A DNA stretch of 64,000 nt from Bugula neritina. Taxonomy: Eukaryota; Animalia; Bryozoa. Positions within the stretch are counted from its first letter, which is position 1. Each line of letters starts with the position of its first letter. Below are positions 1 through 15,500 of the stretch, piece after piece. The notes under the pieces are model-generated. The model did no database searches. It was not told the origin of the DNA and worked only from the letters and a program-made list of their open reading frames with translations. Where the stretch lies: positions 14,827,675-14,891,674 of the forward strand of contig OZ037768.1 in assembly GCA_964035545.1 (NCBI GenBank), in the 5' to 3' direction. Made by a program: the position numbers and the translations under genes.

Positions 1-590
1 TACACTGCAACATACTGAAATACACTGTAACAAATTGAAATACACTGCAACACACTGAAATATACTGAAACATACCGAAATATAAGGTAACCTACTGAAA
101 TATGTTGCAAACCACTGAAACATACTGCATAATCCTGCAACAAAATGAAATAAACGGTAACACTGAAGCAAACTGCAATATACTGAGATATACTGCAACA
201 TACTGCAACATAATGAAGTATACTGCAACAGACTGAAATATACTGCAACATACTGAAATACACTGTAACATATTGAAATACACTGCAACACACTGAAATA
301 TACTGAAACATACCGAAATATATGGTAACCTACTGAAATATGTTGCAAACCACTGAAACATACTGCATCATCCTGCAACAAAATGAAGTATACGGTAACA
401 CTGAAGCATACTGCAACATACTGTAACATACTAAGACATACTGCAACATACCAAAAATTATGGTAACCTACTGAAATATGTTACAAACTATTGAAATATA
501 CTGCAGCATACTGCAACATAATGAAATATACTGCAACATACTGAAAGATACTGCAAAATACCGAAATACACTATAGAATACCGAAATATA
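1..590. repeat. Diverged flank-type satellite segment (left edge)
   Basis: Carries variants absent from the two main HORs but present at ~58.8-59.2 kb: AATGAAGTATACGGTAAC (382-399), ACAAACTATTGAAATATACTGCAGCAT (~483-509), CTATAGAATACCG (571-583). Bases 1-170 match ~63,775-63,945. Confidence 0.8.
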
Positions 591-3500
591 CTGCAACATA
601 CCGAAATATATGGTAACCTACTGAAATATGTTGCAAACCACTAAAACATACTGCATCATCCTGCAACAAAATGAAATTTACGGTAACACTGAAGCATACT
701 GCAATATACTGAAATATACTGTAACATACTAAGACATACTGCAACATACCGAAAAATATGGTAACCTACTGAAATATGTTACAAACTACTGAAACATACT
801 GCAACATACTGCAACATAATGAAATATACTGCAACAAACTGAAAGATACTGCAACATACTGAAATACACTATAGAATACCCAAATATACTGCAACATACT
901 GAAATATACTGCAAGATACTGCAACATACTGAAATACACTGTAACATACTGAAATACACTGTAACATATTGAAAAACACTGTAACATATTGAAATACACT
1001 GCAACACATTGAAATATTCCGCAACATACCGAGATATATGGTAAGCTAATGAGATATACTGTAACACGTTGAAGTACACTGCAACATACTGAAATACACT
1101 GCAACACACTAAATTATACTGTAATTTACAGAAATGTACTGCAACATACTGAAATATACTGCAAGATACTGCAACATACTGAAATACACTGTAACATACT
1201 GAAATACACTGCAACATACTGAAATATACTGCATGATACTGCAACATACTGATACACATTGTAAGATACTGAAATGCACTGCAACATACTGAAACATACT
1301 GCATGATACTGCAACATACTCATACACATTGTAAGATACTGAAATACACTGCAACATACCGCAACATACTGCAACGTATTGAATTACACTGTAACATATT
1401 GAAAAACACTGCAACACATTGAAACATACTGCAACATACTGAAACATACGGCAACATACTGAAATATACTGCGACACATTGAAATATAGTGCAACATACT
1501 GAAATATGCTGTAGCATACTGAAATACACTGCAATACACTGAAGTATACTGTAATATACAGAAACGTACTGTAACATACTGAAACATACGGCAACATACT
1601 ACAATATACTGTGACACATTGAAGTATACTGCAACATACTGAAATACACCGTAACATACTGAAATACACTGCAACATACTGAAATACACTGTAACATATT
1701 GAAATACACTGCATCACACTGAAATATACTGAAACATACCGAAATATATGGTAACCTACTGAAATATGTTGCAAACCACTAAAACATACTGCATCATCCT
1801 GCAACAAAATGAAATTTACGGTAACACTGAAGCATACTGCAATATACTGAAATATACTGTAACATACTAAGACATACTGCAACATACCGAAAAATATGGT
1901 AACCTACTGAAATATGTTACAAACTACTGAAACATACTGCAACATACTGCAACATAACGAAATATACTGCAACAAACTGAAAGATACTGCAACATACTGA
2001 AATACACTATAGAATACCCAAATATACTGCAACATACTGAAATATACTGCAAGATACTGCAAAATACTGAAGTACATTGTAAGATACCTAAATACACTGC
2101 AACATACTGCAACATACTGCAACATATTGAAATACACTGTAACATATTGAAAAACAGTGCAACACATTGAAATATACCGCAACATACCGAAGTATATGGT
2201 AGCCTACTGAAATATACTGCGACATACTGAAATACACTGTAACGTACTGAAATACACTGCAACATACTGAAATACACTGTAACAGATTAAAATACACTGC
2301 AACACACTGAAATATACTGAAACATACTGAAATATATGGTAACCCACTGAAATCTGTTGCAGACCACTGAAATATACTGCAACATACTGCAACATAATGA
2401 ATAATACTGCAACATACTGAAAAATACTGCAAGATACCGCAACATACTGATACACATTGTAAGATACTGAAATACACTGCAACATACCGCAACATACTGC
2501 AACGTATTGAAATACACTGTAACATATTGAAAAACACTGCAACACATTGAAATATACTGCAACATACTGAAACATACGGCAACATACTGAAATATACTGC
2601 GACACATTGAAATATAGTGCAACATACTGAAATATGCTGTAGCATACTGAAATACACTGCAATACACTGAAATATATGTAATATACAGATTCGTACTGTA
2701 ACATACTGAAACATACGGCAACATACTAAAATATACTGCGACACATTGAAATATACTGCAACATACTGAAATACACCGTAACATACTAAACTCCACTGCA
2801 ACATTCTGAAATACACTGTAACACATTGAAATACACTGCAACACAGGGAATTATACTGAAATACATTGTAAGATACGGAAACACACTGCAACATACTGTA
2901 ACATAATGAAATATAAGGTAACCTACTGAAATATGTTGAAAACTACTGAAATATACTGCAACATAATGCAACATAATGAAAGATACTGCAACATACTGAA
3001 ATAAACTGCAAGATACTGCAACATACTGAAATACACTGCAACACACTGAAGTATACTGTAATATACAGAAATGTACTGTAAAATACTGAAATATACTTCA
3101 ACATACTGAAAAATACCTAAAAATATTGAAACATACTGATATACACTGAAACATACTGAAATACACTGCAACACATTGGAATATACTGCAACATACCGAA
3201 ATATATGGTAACCTACTGAAATATGTTGCAAACCACTAAAACATACTGCATCATCCTGCAACAAAATGAAATTTACGGTAACACTGAAGCATACTGCAAT
3301 ATACTGAAATATACTGTAACATACTAAGACATACTGCAACATACCGAAAAATATGGTAACCTACTGAAATATGTTACAAACTACTGAAACATACTGCAAC
3401 ATACTGCAACATAATGAAATATACTGCAACAAACTGAAAGATACTGCAACATACTGAAATACACTATAGAATACCCAAATATACTGCAACATACTGAAAT

Positions 3501-6500
3501 ATACTGCAAGATACTGCAAAATACTGAAGTACATTGTAAGATACCTAAATACACTGCAACATACTGCAACATACTGCAACATATTGAAATACACTGTAAC
3601 ATATTGAAAAACAGTGCAACACATTGAAATATACCGCAACATACCGAAGTATATGGTAGCCTACTGAAATATACTGTGACATACTGAAATACACTGTAAC
3701 GTACTGAAATACACTGCAACATACTGAAATACACTGTAACAGATTAAAATACACTGCAACACACTGAAATATACTGAAACATATTGAAATATATGGTAAC
3801 CCACTGAAATCTGTTGCAGACCACTGAAATATACTGCAACATACTGCAACATAATGAATAATACTGCAACATACTGAAAAATACTGCAAGATACTGCAAC
3901 ATACTGATACACATTGTAAGATACTGAAATACACTGCAACATACCGCAACATACTGCAACGTATTGAAATACACTGTAACATATTGAAAAACACTGCAAC
4001 ACATTGAAATATACTGCAACATACTGAAACATACGGCAACATACTGAAATATACTGCGACACTTTGAAATATAGTGCAACATACTGAAATATGCTGTAGC
4101 ATACTGAAATACACTGCAATACACTGAAATATACTGTAATATACAGATTCGTACTGTGACATACTGAAACATACGGCAACATATTAAAATATACTGCGAC
4201 ACATTGAAATATACTGCAACATACTGAAATACACCGTAACATACTAAACTCCACTGCAACATTCTGAAATACACTGTAACACAACGAAATACACTGCAAC
4301 ACTGGGACTTATACTGAAATACATTGTAAGATACGGAAACACACTGCAACATACTGTAACATAATGAAATATAAGGTAACCTACTGAAATATGTTGAAAA
4401 CTACTGAAATATACTGCAACATAATGCAACATAATGAAAGATACTGCAACATACTGAAATAAACTGCAAGATACTGCAACATACTGAAATACACTGCAAC
4501 ACACTGAAGTATACTGTAATATACAGAAATGTACTGTAAAATACTGAAATATACTTCAACATACTGAAAAATACCTAAAAATATTGAAACATACTGATAT
4601 ACACTGAAACATACTGAAATACACTGCAACACATTGGAATTTACTGCAACATACCGAAATATATGGTAACCTACTGAAGTATGTTGCAAACTACTGAAAT
4701 ATACTGCAACATACTGAAATACGCCGTAACATACTGAAATACACTGCAACATACTGAAATACACTGTAACATATTGAAATACACTGCAACACACTGAAAT
4801 ATACTGAAACATACCGAAATATATGGTAACCTACTGAAATATGTTGCAAACCACTGAAACATACTGCATCATCCTGCAACAAAATGAAATATACGGTAAC
4901 ACTGAAGCATACTGCAATTTACTGAAATATACTGTAACATACTAAGACATACTGCAACATACCGAAAAATATGGTAACCTACTGAAATATGTTACAAACT
5001 ACTGAAACATACTGCAACATACTGCAACATAATGAAATATACTGCAACATAATGAAATATACTGCAACATACTGAAAGATACTGCAAGTTACTGCAAAAT
5101 ACTGAAATACATTGTAAGACCCCTAAATACACTGCAACATACTGCAACATACTGCAACATATTGAAATACACTGTAACATATTGAAAAACACTGCAACAC
5201 ATTGAAATATACTGCAACATACTAAAACATACGGCAACATACTGAAATATACTGCGACACATTGAAATAAAGTGCAACATACTGAAATATGCTGTAGCAT
5301 ACTGAAATACACTGCAATACACTGAAGTATACTGTAATATACAGAAACGTACTGTAACATACTGAAACATACGGCAACATACTAAAATATACTGCGACAC
5401 ATTGAAACATACTGCAACATACTGAAATACACCAAAATATACTAAACTCCCCTGCAACATTCTGAAATACACTGTAACACATTGAAATACACTGCAACAC
5501 AGTGAATTGCACTGAAATACATTGTAAGATACGGAAACACACTGCAACATACTGCAACATAATGAAATATATGGTAACCTACTGAAATATGTTGAAAACT
5601 ACTGAAATATACTGCAACATTATGCAACATAATGAAAGATACTGCAATATACTGAAATAAACTGCAAGATACTGCAACATACTGAAATACACTGTAACAT
5701 ACTGAAATACACTGTAACATATTGAAATACACTGCGACATACTGAAATACACTGCGACATACTGCAACATACTGAAAAACGCTGTAACATATTGAATTAC
5801 ACTGCAACACATTGAAATATTCCGCAACATACCGAGATATATGGTAAGCTAATGAGATATACTGTAACACGTTGAAGTACGCTGCAACATACTGAAATAC
5901 ACTGCAACACACTAAATTATACTGTAATTTACAGAAATGTACTGCAACATACTGAAATATACTGCAAGATACTGCAACATACTGAAATACACTGTAACAT
6001 ACTGAAATACACTGCAACATACTGAAATATACTGCATGATACTGCAACATACTGATACACATTGTAAGATACTGAAATGCACTGCAACATACTGAAATAT
6101 ACTGCATGATACTGCAACATACTCATACACATTGTGAGATACTGAAATACACTGCAACATACCGCAACATACTGCAACGTATTGAATTACACTGTAACAT
6201 ATTGAAAAACACTGCAACACATTGAAACATACTGCAACATACTGAAACATACGGCAACATACTGAAATATACTGCGACACATTGAAATATAGTTCAACAT
6301 ACTGAAATATGCTGTAGCATACTGAAATACACTGCAATACACTGAAGTATACTGTAATATACAGAAACGTACTGTAACATACTGAAACATACGGCAACAT
6401 ACTACAATATACTGTGACACATTGAAGTATACTGCAACATACTGAAATACACCGTAACATACTGAAATACACTGCAACATACTGAAATACACTGTAACAT

Positions 6501-9500
6501 ATTGAAATACACTGCAACACACTGAAATATACTGAAACATACCGAAATATATGGTAACCTACTGAAATATGTTGCAAACCACTGAAACATACTGCATCAT
6601 CCTGCAACAAAATGAAATTTACGGTAACACTGAAGCATACTGCAATATACTGAAATATACTGTAACATACTAAGACATACTGCAACATACCGAAAAATAT
6701 GGTAACCTACTGAAATATGTTACAAACTACTGAAACATACTGCAACATACTGCAACATAATGAAATATACTGCAACAAACTGAAAGATACTGCAACATAC
6801 TGAGATACACTATAGAATACCCAAATATACTGCAACATACTGAAATATACTGCGAGATACTGCAAAATACAGAAGTACATTGTAAGATACCTAAATACAC
6901 TGCAACATACTGCAACATACTGCAACATATTGAAATACACTGTAACATATTGAAAAACAGTGCAACACATTGAAATATACCGCAACATACCGAAGTATAT
7001 GGTAGCCTACTGAAATATACTGCGACATACTGAAATACACTGTAACGTACTGAAATACACTGCAACATACTGAAATACACTGTAACAGATTAAAATACAC
7101 TGCAACACACTGAAATATACTGAAACATACTGAAATATATGGTAACCCACTGAAATCTGTTGCAGACCACTGAAATATACTGCAACATACTGCAACATAA
7201 TGAATAATACTGCAACATACGGAAAAATACTGCAAGATACTGCAACATACTGATACACATTGTAAGATACTGAAATACACTGCAACATACCGCAACATAC
7301 TGCAACGTATTGAAATACACTGTAACATATTGAAAAACACTGCAACACATTGAAATATACTGCAACATACTGAAACATACGGCAACATACTGAAATATAC
7401 TGCGACACATTGAAATATAGTGCAACATACTGAATTATGCTGTAGCATACTGAAATACACTGCAATACACTGAAATATACTGTAATATACAGATTCGTAC
7501 TGTAACATACTGAAACATACGGCAACATACTAAAATATACTGCGACACATTGAAATATACTGCAACATCCTGAAATACACCGTAACATACTAAACTCCAC
7601 TGCAACATTCTGAAATACACTGTAACACATTGAAATACACTGCAACACAGGGAATTATACTGAAATACATTGTAAGATACGGAAACACACTGCAACATAC
7701 TGTAACATAATGAAATATAAGGTAACCTACTGAAATATGTTGAAAACTACTGAAATATACTGCAACATAATGCAACATAATGAAAGATACTGCAACATAC
7801 TGAAATAAACTGCAAAATACTGCAACATACTGAAATTCACTGCAACACACTGAAGTATACTGTAATATACAGAAATGTACTGTAAAATACTGAAATATAC
7901 TTCAACATACTGAAAAATATCTAAAAATATTGAAACATACTGATATACACTGAAACATACTGAAATACACTGCAACACATTGGAATATACTGCAACATAC
8001 CGAAATATATGGTAACCTACTGAAGTATGTTGCAAACTACTGAAATATACTGCAACATACTGAAATACGCCGTAACATACCGAAATACACTGCAACATAC
8101 TGAAATACACTGTAACATATTGAAATACACTGCAACACACTGAAATATACTGAAATATACCGAAATATATGGTAACCTACTGAAATATGTTGCAAACCAC
8201 TGAAACATACTGCATCATCCTGCAACAAAATGAAATATACGGTAACACTGAAGCATACTGCAATTTACTAAAATATACTGTAACATACTAAGACATACTG
8301 CAACATACCGAAAAATATGGTAACCTACTGAAATATGTCACAAACTACTGAAACATACTGCAACATACTGCAACATAATGAAATATACTGCAACATAATG
8401 AAATATACTGCAACATACTGAAAGATACTGCAAGTTACTGCAAAATACTGAAATACATTGTAAGATACCTAAATACACTGCAACATACTGCAACATACTG
8501 CAAGGTATTGAAATACACTGTAACATATTGAAAAACACTGCAACACATTGAAATATACTGCAACATACTAAAACATACGGCAACATACTGAAATATACTG
8601 CGACACATTGAAATATAGTGCAACATACTGAAATATGCTGTAGCATACTGAAATACACTGCAATACACTGAAGTATACTGTAATATACAGAAACGTACTG
8701 TAACATACTGAAACATACGGCAACATACTAAAATATACTGCGACACATTGAAACATACTGCAACATACTGAAATACACCAAAACATACTAAACTCCCCTG
8801 CAACATTCTGAAATACACTGTAACACATTGAAATACACTGCAACACAATGAATTGCACTGAAATACATTGTAAGATTTGGAAACACACTGCAACATACTG
8901 CAACATAATGAAATATATGGTAACCTACTGAAATATGTTGAAAACTACTGAAATATACTGCAACATTATGCAACATAATGAAAGATACTGCAATATACTG
9001 AAATAAACTGCAAGATACTGCAACATACTGAAATACACTGTAACATACTGAAATACACTGTAACATATTGAAATATATGGTAACCCACTGAAATATGATG
9101 CAAACCACTGAAATATACTGCAACATACTGCAACATAATGAAGTATACTGCAACAGACTGAAATATACGGCAAGAAACTGCAACACACTGAATTACACTG
9201 TATCATACTGAAGTACACTGCAACATACTGAAATATACTGCATGATACTGCAACATACTGATACACATTGTAAGATACTGAAATACACTGCAACATACCG
9301 CAACATACTGCAACGTATTGAAATACACTGTAACATATTGAAAAACACTGCAACACATTGAAATATACTGCAACATACTGAAACATACGGCAACATACTG
9401 AAATATACTGCGACACATTGAAATATAGTGCAACATACTGCAAGATACTGCAACATACTGAAATACACTGCAACACACTGAAGTATACTGTAATATACAG

Positions 9501-12500
9501 AATTGTACTGTAAAATACTGAAATATACTTCAACATACTGAAAACTACCTAAAAATATTGAAACATACTGATATACACTGAAACATACTGAAATACACTG
9601 CAACACATTGGAATATACTGCAACATACTGAAATATATGGTAACCTACTGAAGTATGTTGCAAACAACTGAAATATACTGCAACATACTGAAATACGCCG
9701 TAACATACTGAAATACACTGCAACATACTGAAATACACTGTAACAAATTGAAATACACTGCAACACACTGAAATACACTGAAACATACCGAAATATAAGG
9801 TAAACTACTGAAACATGTTGCAAACCACTGAAACATACTGGATAATCCTGCAACAAAATGAAATAAACGGTAACACTGAAGCATACTGCAATATACTGAA
9901 ATATACTGTAACATACTAAGACATACTGCAACATACCGAAATATATGGTAACCTACTGAAATATGTTGCAAACGACTGAAATATACTGCAACATACTGCA
10001 ACATAATGAATAATACTGCAACATACTGAAAAATACTGCAAGATACTGCAACATACTGATACACATTGTAAGATACTGAAATACACTGCAACATACCGCA
10101 ACATACTGCAACGTATTGAAATACACTGTAACATATTGAAAAACACTGCAACACATTGAAATATACTGCAACATACTGAAACATACGGCAACATACTGAA
10201 ATATACTGCGACACATTGAAATATAGTGCAACATACTGAAATATGCTGTAGCATACTGAAATACACTGCAATACACTGAAATATACTGTAATATACAGAT
10301 TCGTACTGTAACATACTGAAACATACGGCAACATACTAAAATATACTGCGACACATTGAAATATACTGCAACATACTGAAATACACTGTAACATACTAAA
10401 CTCCACTGCAACATTCTGAAATACACTGTAACACATTGAAATACACTGCAACACAGGGAATTATACTGAAATACATTGTAAGATACGGAAACACACTGCA
10501 ACATACTGTAACATAATGAAATATAAGGTAACCTACTGAAATATGTTGAAAACTACTGAAATATACTGCAACATAATGCAACATAATGAAAGATACTGCA
10601 ACATACTGAAATAAACTGCAAGATACTGCAACATACTGAAATACACTGCAACACACTGAAGTATACTGTAATATACAGAAATGTACTGTAAAATACTGAA
10701 ATATACTTCAACATACTGAAAAACACCTAAAAATATTGAAACATACTGATATACACTGAAACATACTGAAATACACTGCAACACATTGGAATATACTGCA
10801 ACATACCGAAATATACGGTAACCTACTGAAATATGTTGAAAACTACTGAAATATACTGCAACATACTGCAACATAATGAATAATACTGCAACATACTGAA
10901 AAATACTGCAAGATACCGCAACATACTGATACACATTGTAAGATACTGAAATACACTGCAACATACCGCAACATACTGCAACGTATTGAAATACACTGTA
11001 ACATATTGAAAAACACTGCAACACATTGAAATATACTGCAACATACTGAAACATACGGCAACATACTGAAATATACTGCGACACATTGAAATATAGTGCA
11101 ACATACTGAAATATGCTGTAGCATACTGAAATACACTGCAATACACTGAAATATATGTAATATACAGATTCGTACGGTAACATACTGAAACATACGGCAA
11201 CATACTAAAATATACTGCGACACATTGAAATATACTGCAACATACTGAAATACACCGTAACATACTAAACTCCACTGCAACATTCTGAAATACACTGTAA
11301 CACATTGAAATACACTGCAACACAGGGAATTATACTGAAATACATTGTAAGATACGGAAACACACTGCAACATACTGTAACATAATGAAATATAAGGTAA
11401 CCTACTGAAATATGTTGAAAACTACTGAAATATACTGCAACATAATGCAACATAATGAAAGATACTGCAACATACTGAAATAAACTGCAAGATACTGCAA
11501 CATACTGAAATACACTGCAACACACTGAAGTATACTGTAATATACAGAAATGTACTGTAAAATACTGAAATATACTTCAACATACTGAAAAATACCTAAA
11601 AATATTGAAACATACTGATATACACTGAAACATACTGAAATACACTGCAACACATTGGAATATACTGCAACATACCGAAATATATGGTAACCTACTGAAA
11701 TATGTTGCAAACCACTAAAACATACTGCATCATCCTGCAACAAAATGAAATTTACGGTAACACTGAAGCATACTGCAATATACTGAAATATACTGTAACA
11801 TACTAAGACATACTGCAACATACCGAAAAATATGGTAACCTACTGAAATATGTTACAAACTACTGAAACATACTGCAACATACTGCAACATAATGAAATA
11901 TACTGCAACAAACTGAAAGATACTGCAACATACTGAAATACACTATAGAATACCCAAATATACTGCAACATACTGAAATATACTGCAAGATACTGCAACA
12001 TACTGAAATACACTGTAACATACTGAAATACACTGTAACATATTGAAATACACTGCGACATACTGAAATACACTGCGACATACTGCAACATACTGAAAAA
12101 CGCTGTAACATATTGAAATACACTGCAACACATTGAAATATTCCGCAATATACCGAGATATATGGTAAGCTAATGAGATATACTGTAACACGTTGAAGTA
12201 CACTGCAACATACTGAAATACACTGCAACACACTAAATTATACTGTAATTTACAGAAATGTACTGCAACATACTGAAATATACTGCAAGATACTGCAACA
12301 TACTGAAATACACTGTAACATACTGAAATACACTGCAACATACTGAAATATACTGCATGATACTGCAACATACTGATACACATTGTAAGATACTGAAATG
12401 CACTGCAACATACTGAAACATACTGCATGATACTGCAACATACTCATACACATTGTAAGATACTGAAATACACTGCAACATACCGCAACATACTGCAACG

Positions 12501-15500
12501 TATTGAATTACACTGTAACATATTGAAAAACACTGCAACACATTGAAACATACTGCAACATACTGAAACATACGGCAACATACTGAAATATACTGCGACA
12601 CATTGAAATATAGTGCAACATACTGAAATATGCTGTAGCATACTGAAATACACTGCAATACACTGAAGTATACTGTAATATACAGAAACGTACTGTAACA
12701 TACTGAAACATACGGCAACATACTACAATATACTGTGACACATTGAAGTATACTGCAACATACTGAAATACACCGTAACATACTGAAATACACTGCAACA
12801 TACTGAAATACACTGTAACATATTGAAATACACTGCATCACACTGAAATATACTGAAACATACCGAAATATATGGTAACCTACTGAAATATGTTGCAAAC
12901 CACTAAAACATACTGCATCATCCTGCAACAAAATGAAATTTACAGTAACACTGAAGCATACTGCAATATACTGAAATATACTGTAACATACTAAGACATA
13001 CTGCAACATACCGAAAAATATGGTAACCTACTGAAATATGTTACAAACTACTGAAACATACTGCAACATACTGCAACATAACGAAATATACTGCAACAAA
13101 CTGAAAGATACTGCAACATACTGAAATACACTATAGAATACCCAAATATACTGCAACATACTGAAATATACTGCAAGATACTGCAAAATACTGAAGTACA
13201 TTGTAAGATACCTAAATACACTGCAACATACTGCAACATACTGCAACATATTGAAATACACTGTAACATATTGAAAAACAGTGCAACACATTGAAATATA
13301 CCGCAACATACCAAAGTATATGGTAGCCTACTGAAATATACTGCGACATACTGAAATACACTGTAACGTACTGAAATACACTGCAACATACTGAAATACA
13401 CTGTAACAGATTAAAATACACTGCAACACACTGAAATATACTGAAACATACTGAAATATATGGTAACCCACTGAAATCTGTTGCAGACCACTGAAATATA
13501 CTGCAACATACTGCAACATAATGAATAATACTGCAACATACTGAAAAATACTGCAAGATACCGCAACATACTGATACACATTGTAAGATACTGAAATACA
13601 CTGCAACATACCGCAACATACTGCAACGTATTGAAATACACTGTAACATATTGAAAAACACTGCAACACATTGAAATATACTGCAACATACTGAAACATA
13701 CGGCAACATACTGAAATATACTGCGACACATTGAAATATAGTGCAACATACTGAAATATGCTGTAGCATACTGAAATACACTGCAATACACTGAAATATA
13801 TGTAATATACAGATTCGTACTGTAACATACTGAAACATACGGCAACATACTAAAATATACTGCGACACATTGAAATATACTGCAACATACTGAAATACAC
13901 CGTAACATACTAAACTCCACTGCAACATTCTGAAATACACTGTAACACATTGAAATACACTGCAACACAGGGAATTATACTGAAATACATTGTAAGATAC
14001 GGAAACACACTGCAACATACTGTAACATAATGAAATATAAGGTAACCTACTGAAATATGTTGAAAACTACTGAAATATACTGCAACATAATGCAACATAA
14101 TGAAAGATACTGCAACATACTGAAATAAACTGCAAGATACTGCAACATACTGAAATACACTGCAACACACTGAAGTATACTGTAATATACAGAAATGTAC
14201 TGTAAAATACTGAAATATACTTCAACATACTGAAAAATACCTAAAAATATTGAAACATACTGATATACACTGAAACATACTGAAATACACTGCAACACAT
14301 TGGAATATACTGCAACATACCGAAATATATGGTAACCTACTGAAATATGTTGCAAACCACTAAAACATACTGCATCATCCTGCAACAAAATGAAATTTAC
14401 GGTAACACTGAAGCATACTGCAATATACTGAAATATACTGTAACATACTAAGACATACTGCAACATACCGAAAAATATGGTAACCTACTGAAATATGTTA
14501 CAAACTACTGAAACATACTGCAACATACTGCAACATAATGAAATATTCTGCAACAAACTGAAAGATACTGCAACATACTGAAATACACTATAGAATACCC
14601 AAATATACTGCAACATACTGAAATATACTGCAAGATACTGCAAAATACTGAAGTACATTGTAAGATACCTAAATACACTGCAACATACTGCAACATACTG
14701 CAACATATTGAAATACACTGTAACATATTGAAAAACAGTGCAACACATTGAAATATACCGCAACATACCGAAGTATATGGTAGCCTACTGAAATATACTG
14801 TGACATACTGAAATACACTGTAACGTACTGAAATACACTGCAACATACTGAAATACACTGTAACAGATTAAAATACACTGCAACACACTGAAATATACTG
14901 AAACATACTGAAATATATGGTAACCCACTGAAATCTGTTGCAGACCACTGAAATATACTGCAACATACTGCAACATAATGAATAATACTGCAACATACTG
15001 AAAAATACTGCAAGATACTGCAACATACTGATACACATTGTAAGATACTGAAATACACTGCAACATACCGCAACATACTGCAACGTATTGAAATACACTG
15101 TAACATATTGAAAAACACTGCAACACATTGAAATATACTGCAACATACTGAAACATACGGCAACATACTGAAATATACTGCGACACTTTGAAATATAGTG
15201 CAACATACTGAAATATGCTGTAGCATACTGAAATACACTGCAATACACTGAAGTATACTGTAATATACAGATTCGTACTGTAACATACTGAAACATACGG
15301 CAACATATTAAAATATACTGCGACACATTGAAATATACTGCAACATACTGAAATACACCGTAACATACTAAACTCCACTGCAACATTCTGAAATACACTG
15401 TAACACAACGAAATACACTGCAACACTGGGACTTATACTGAAATACATTGTAAGATACGGAAACACACTGCAACATACTGTAACATAATGAAATATAAGG

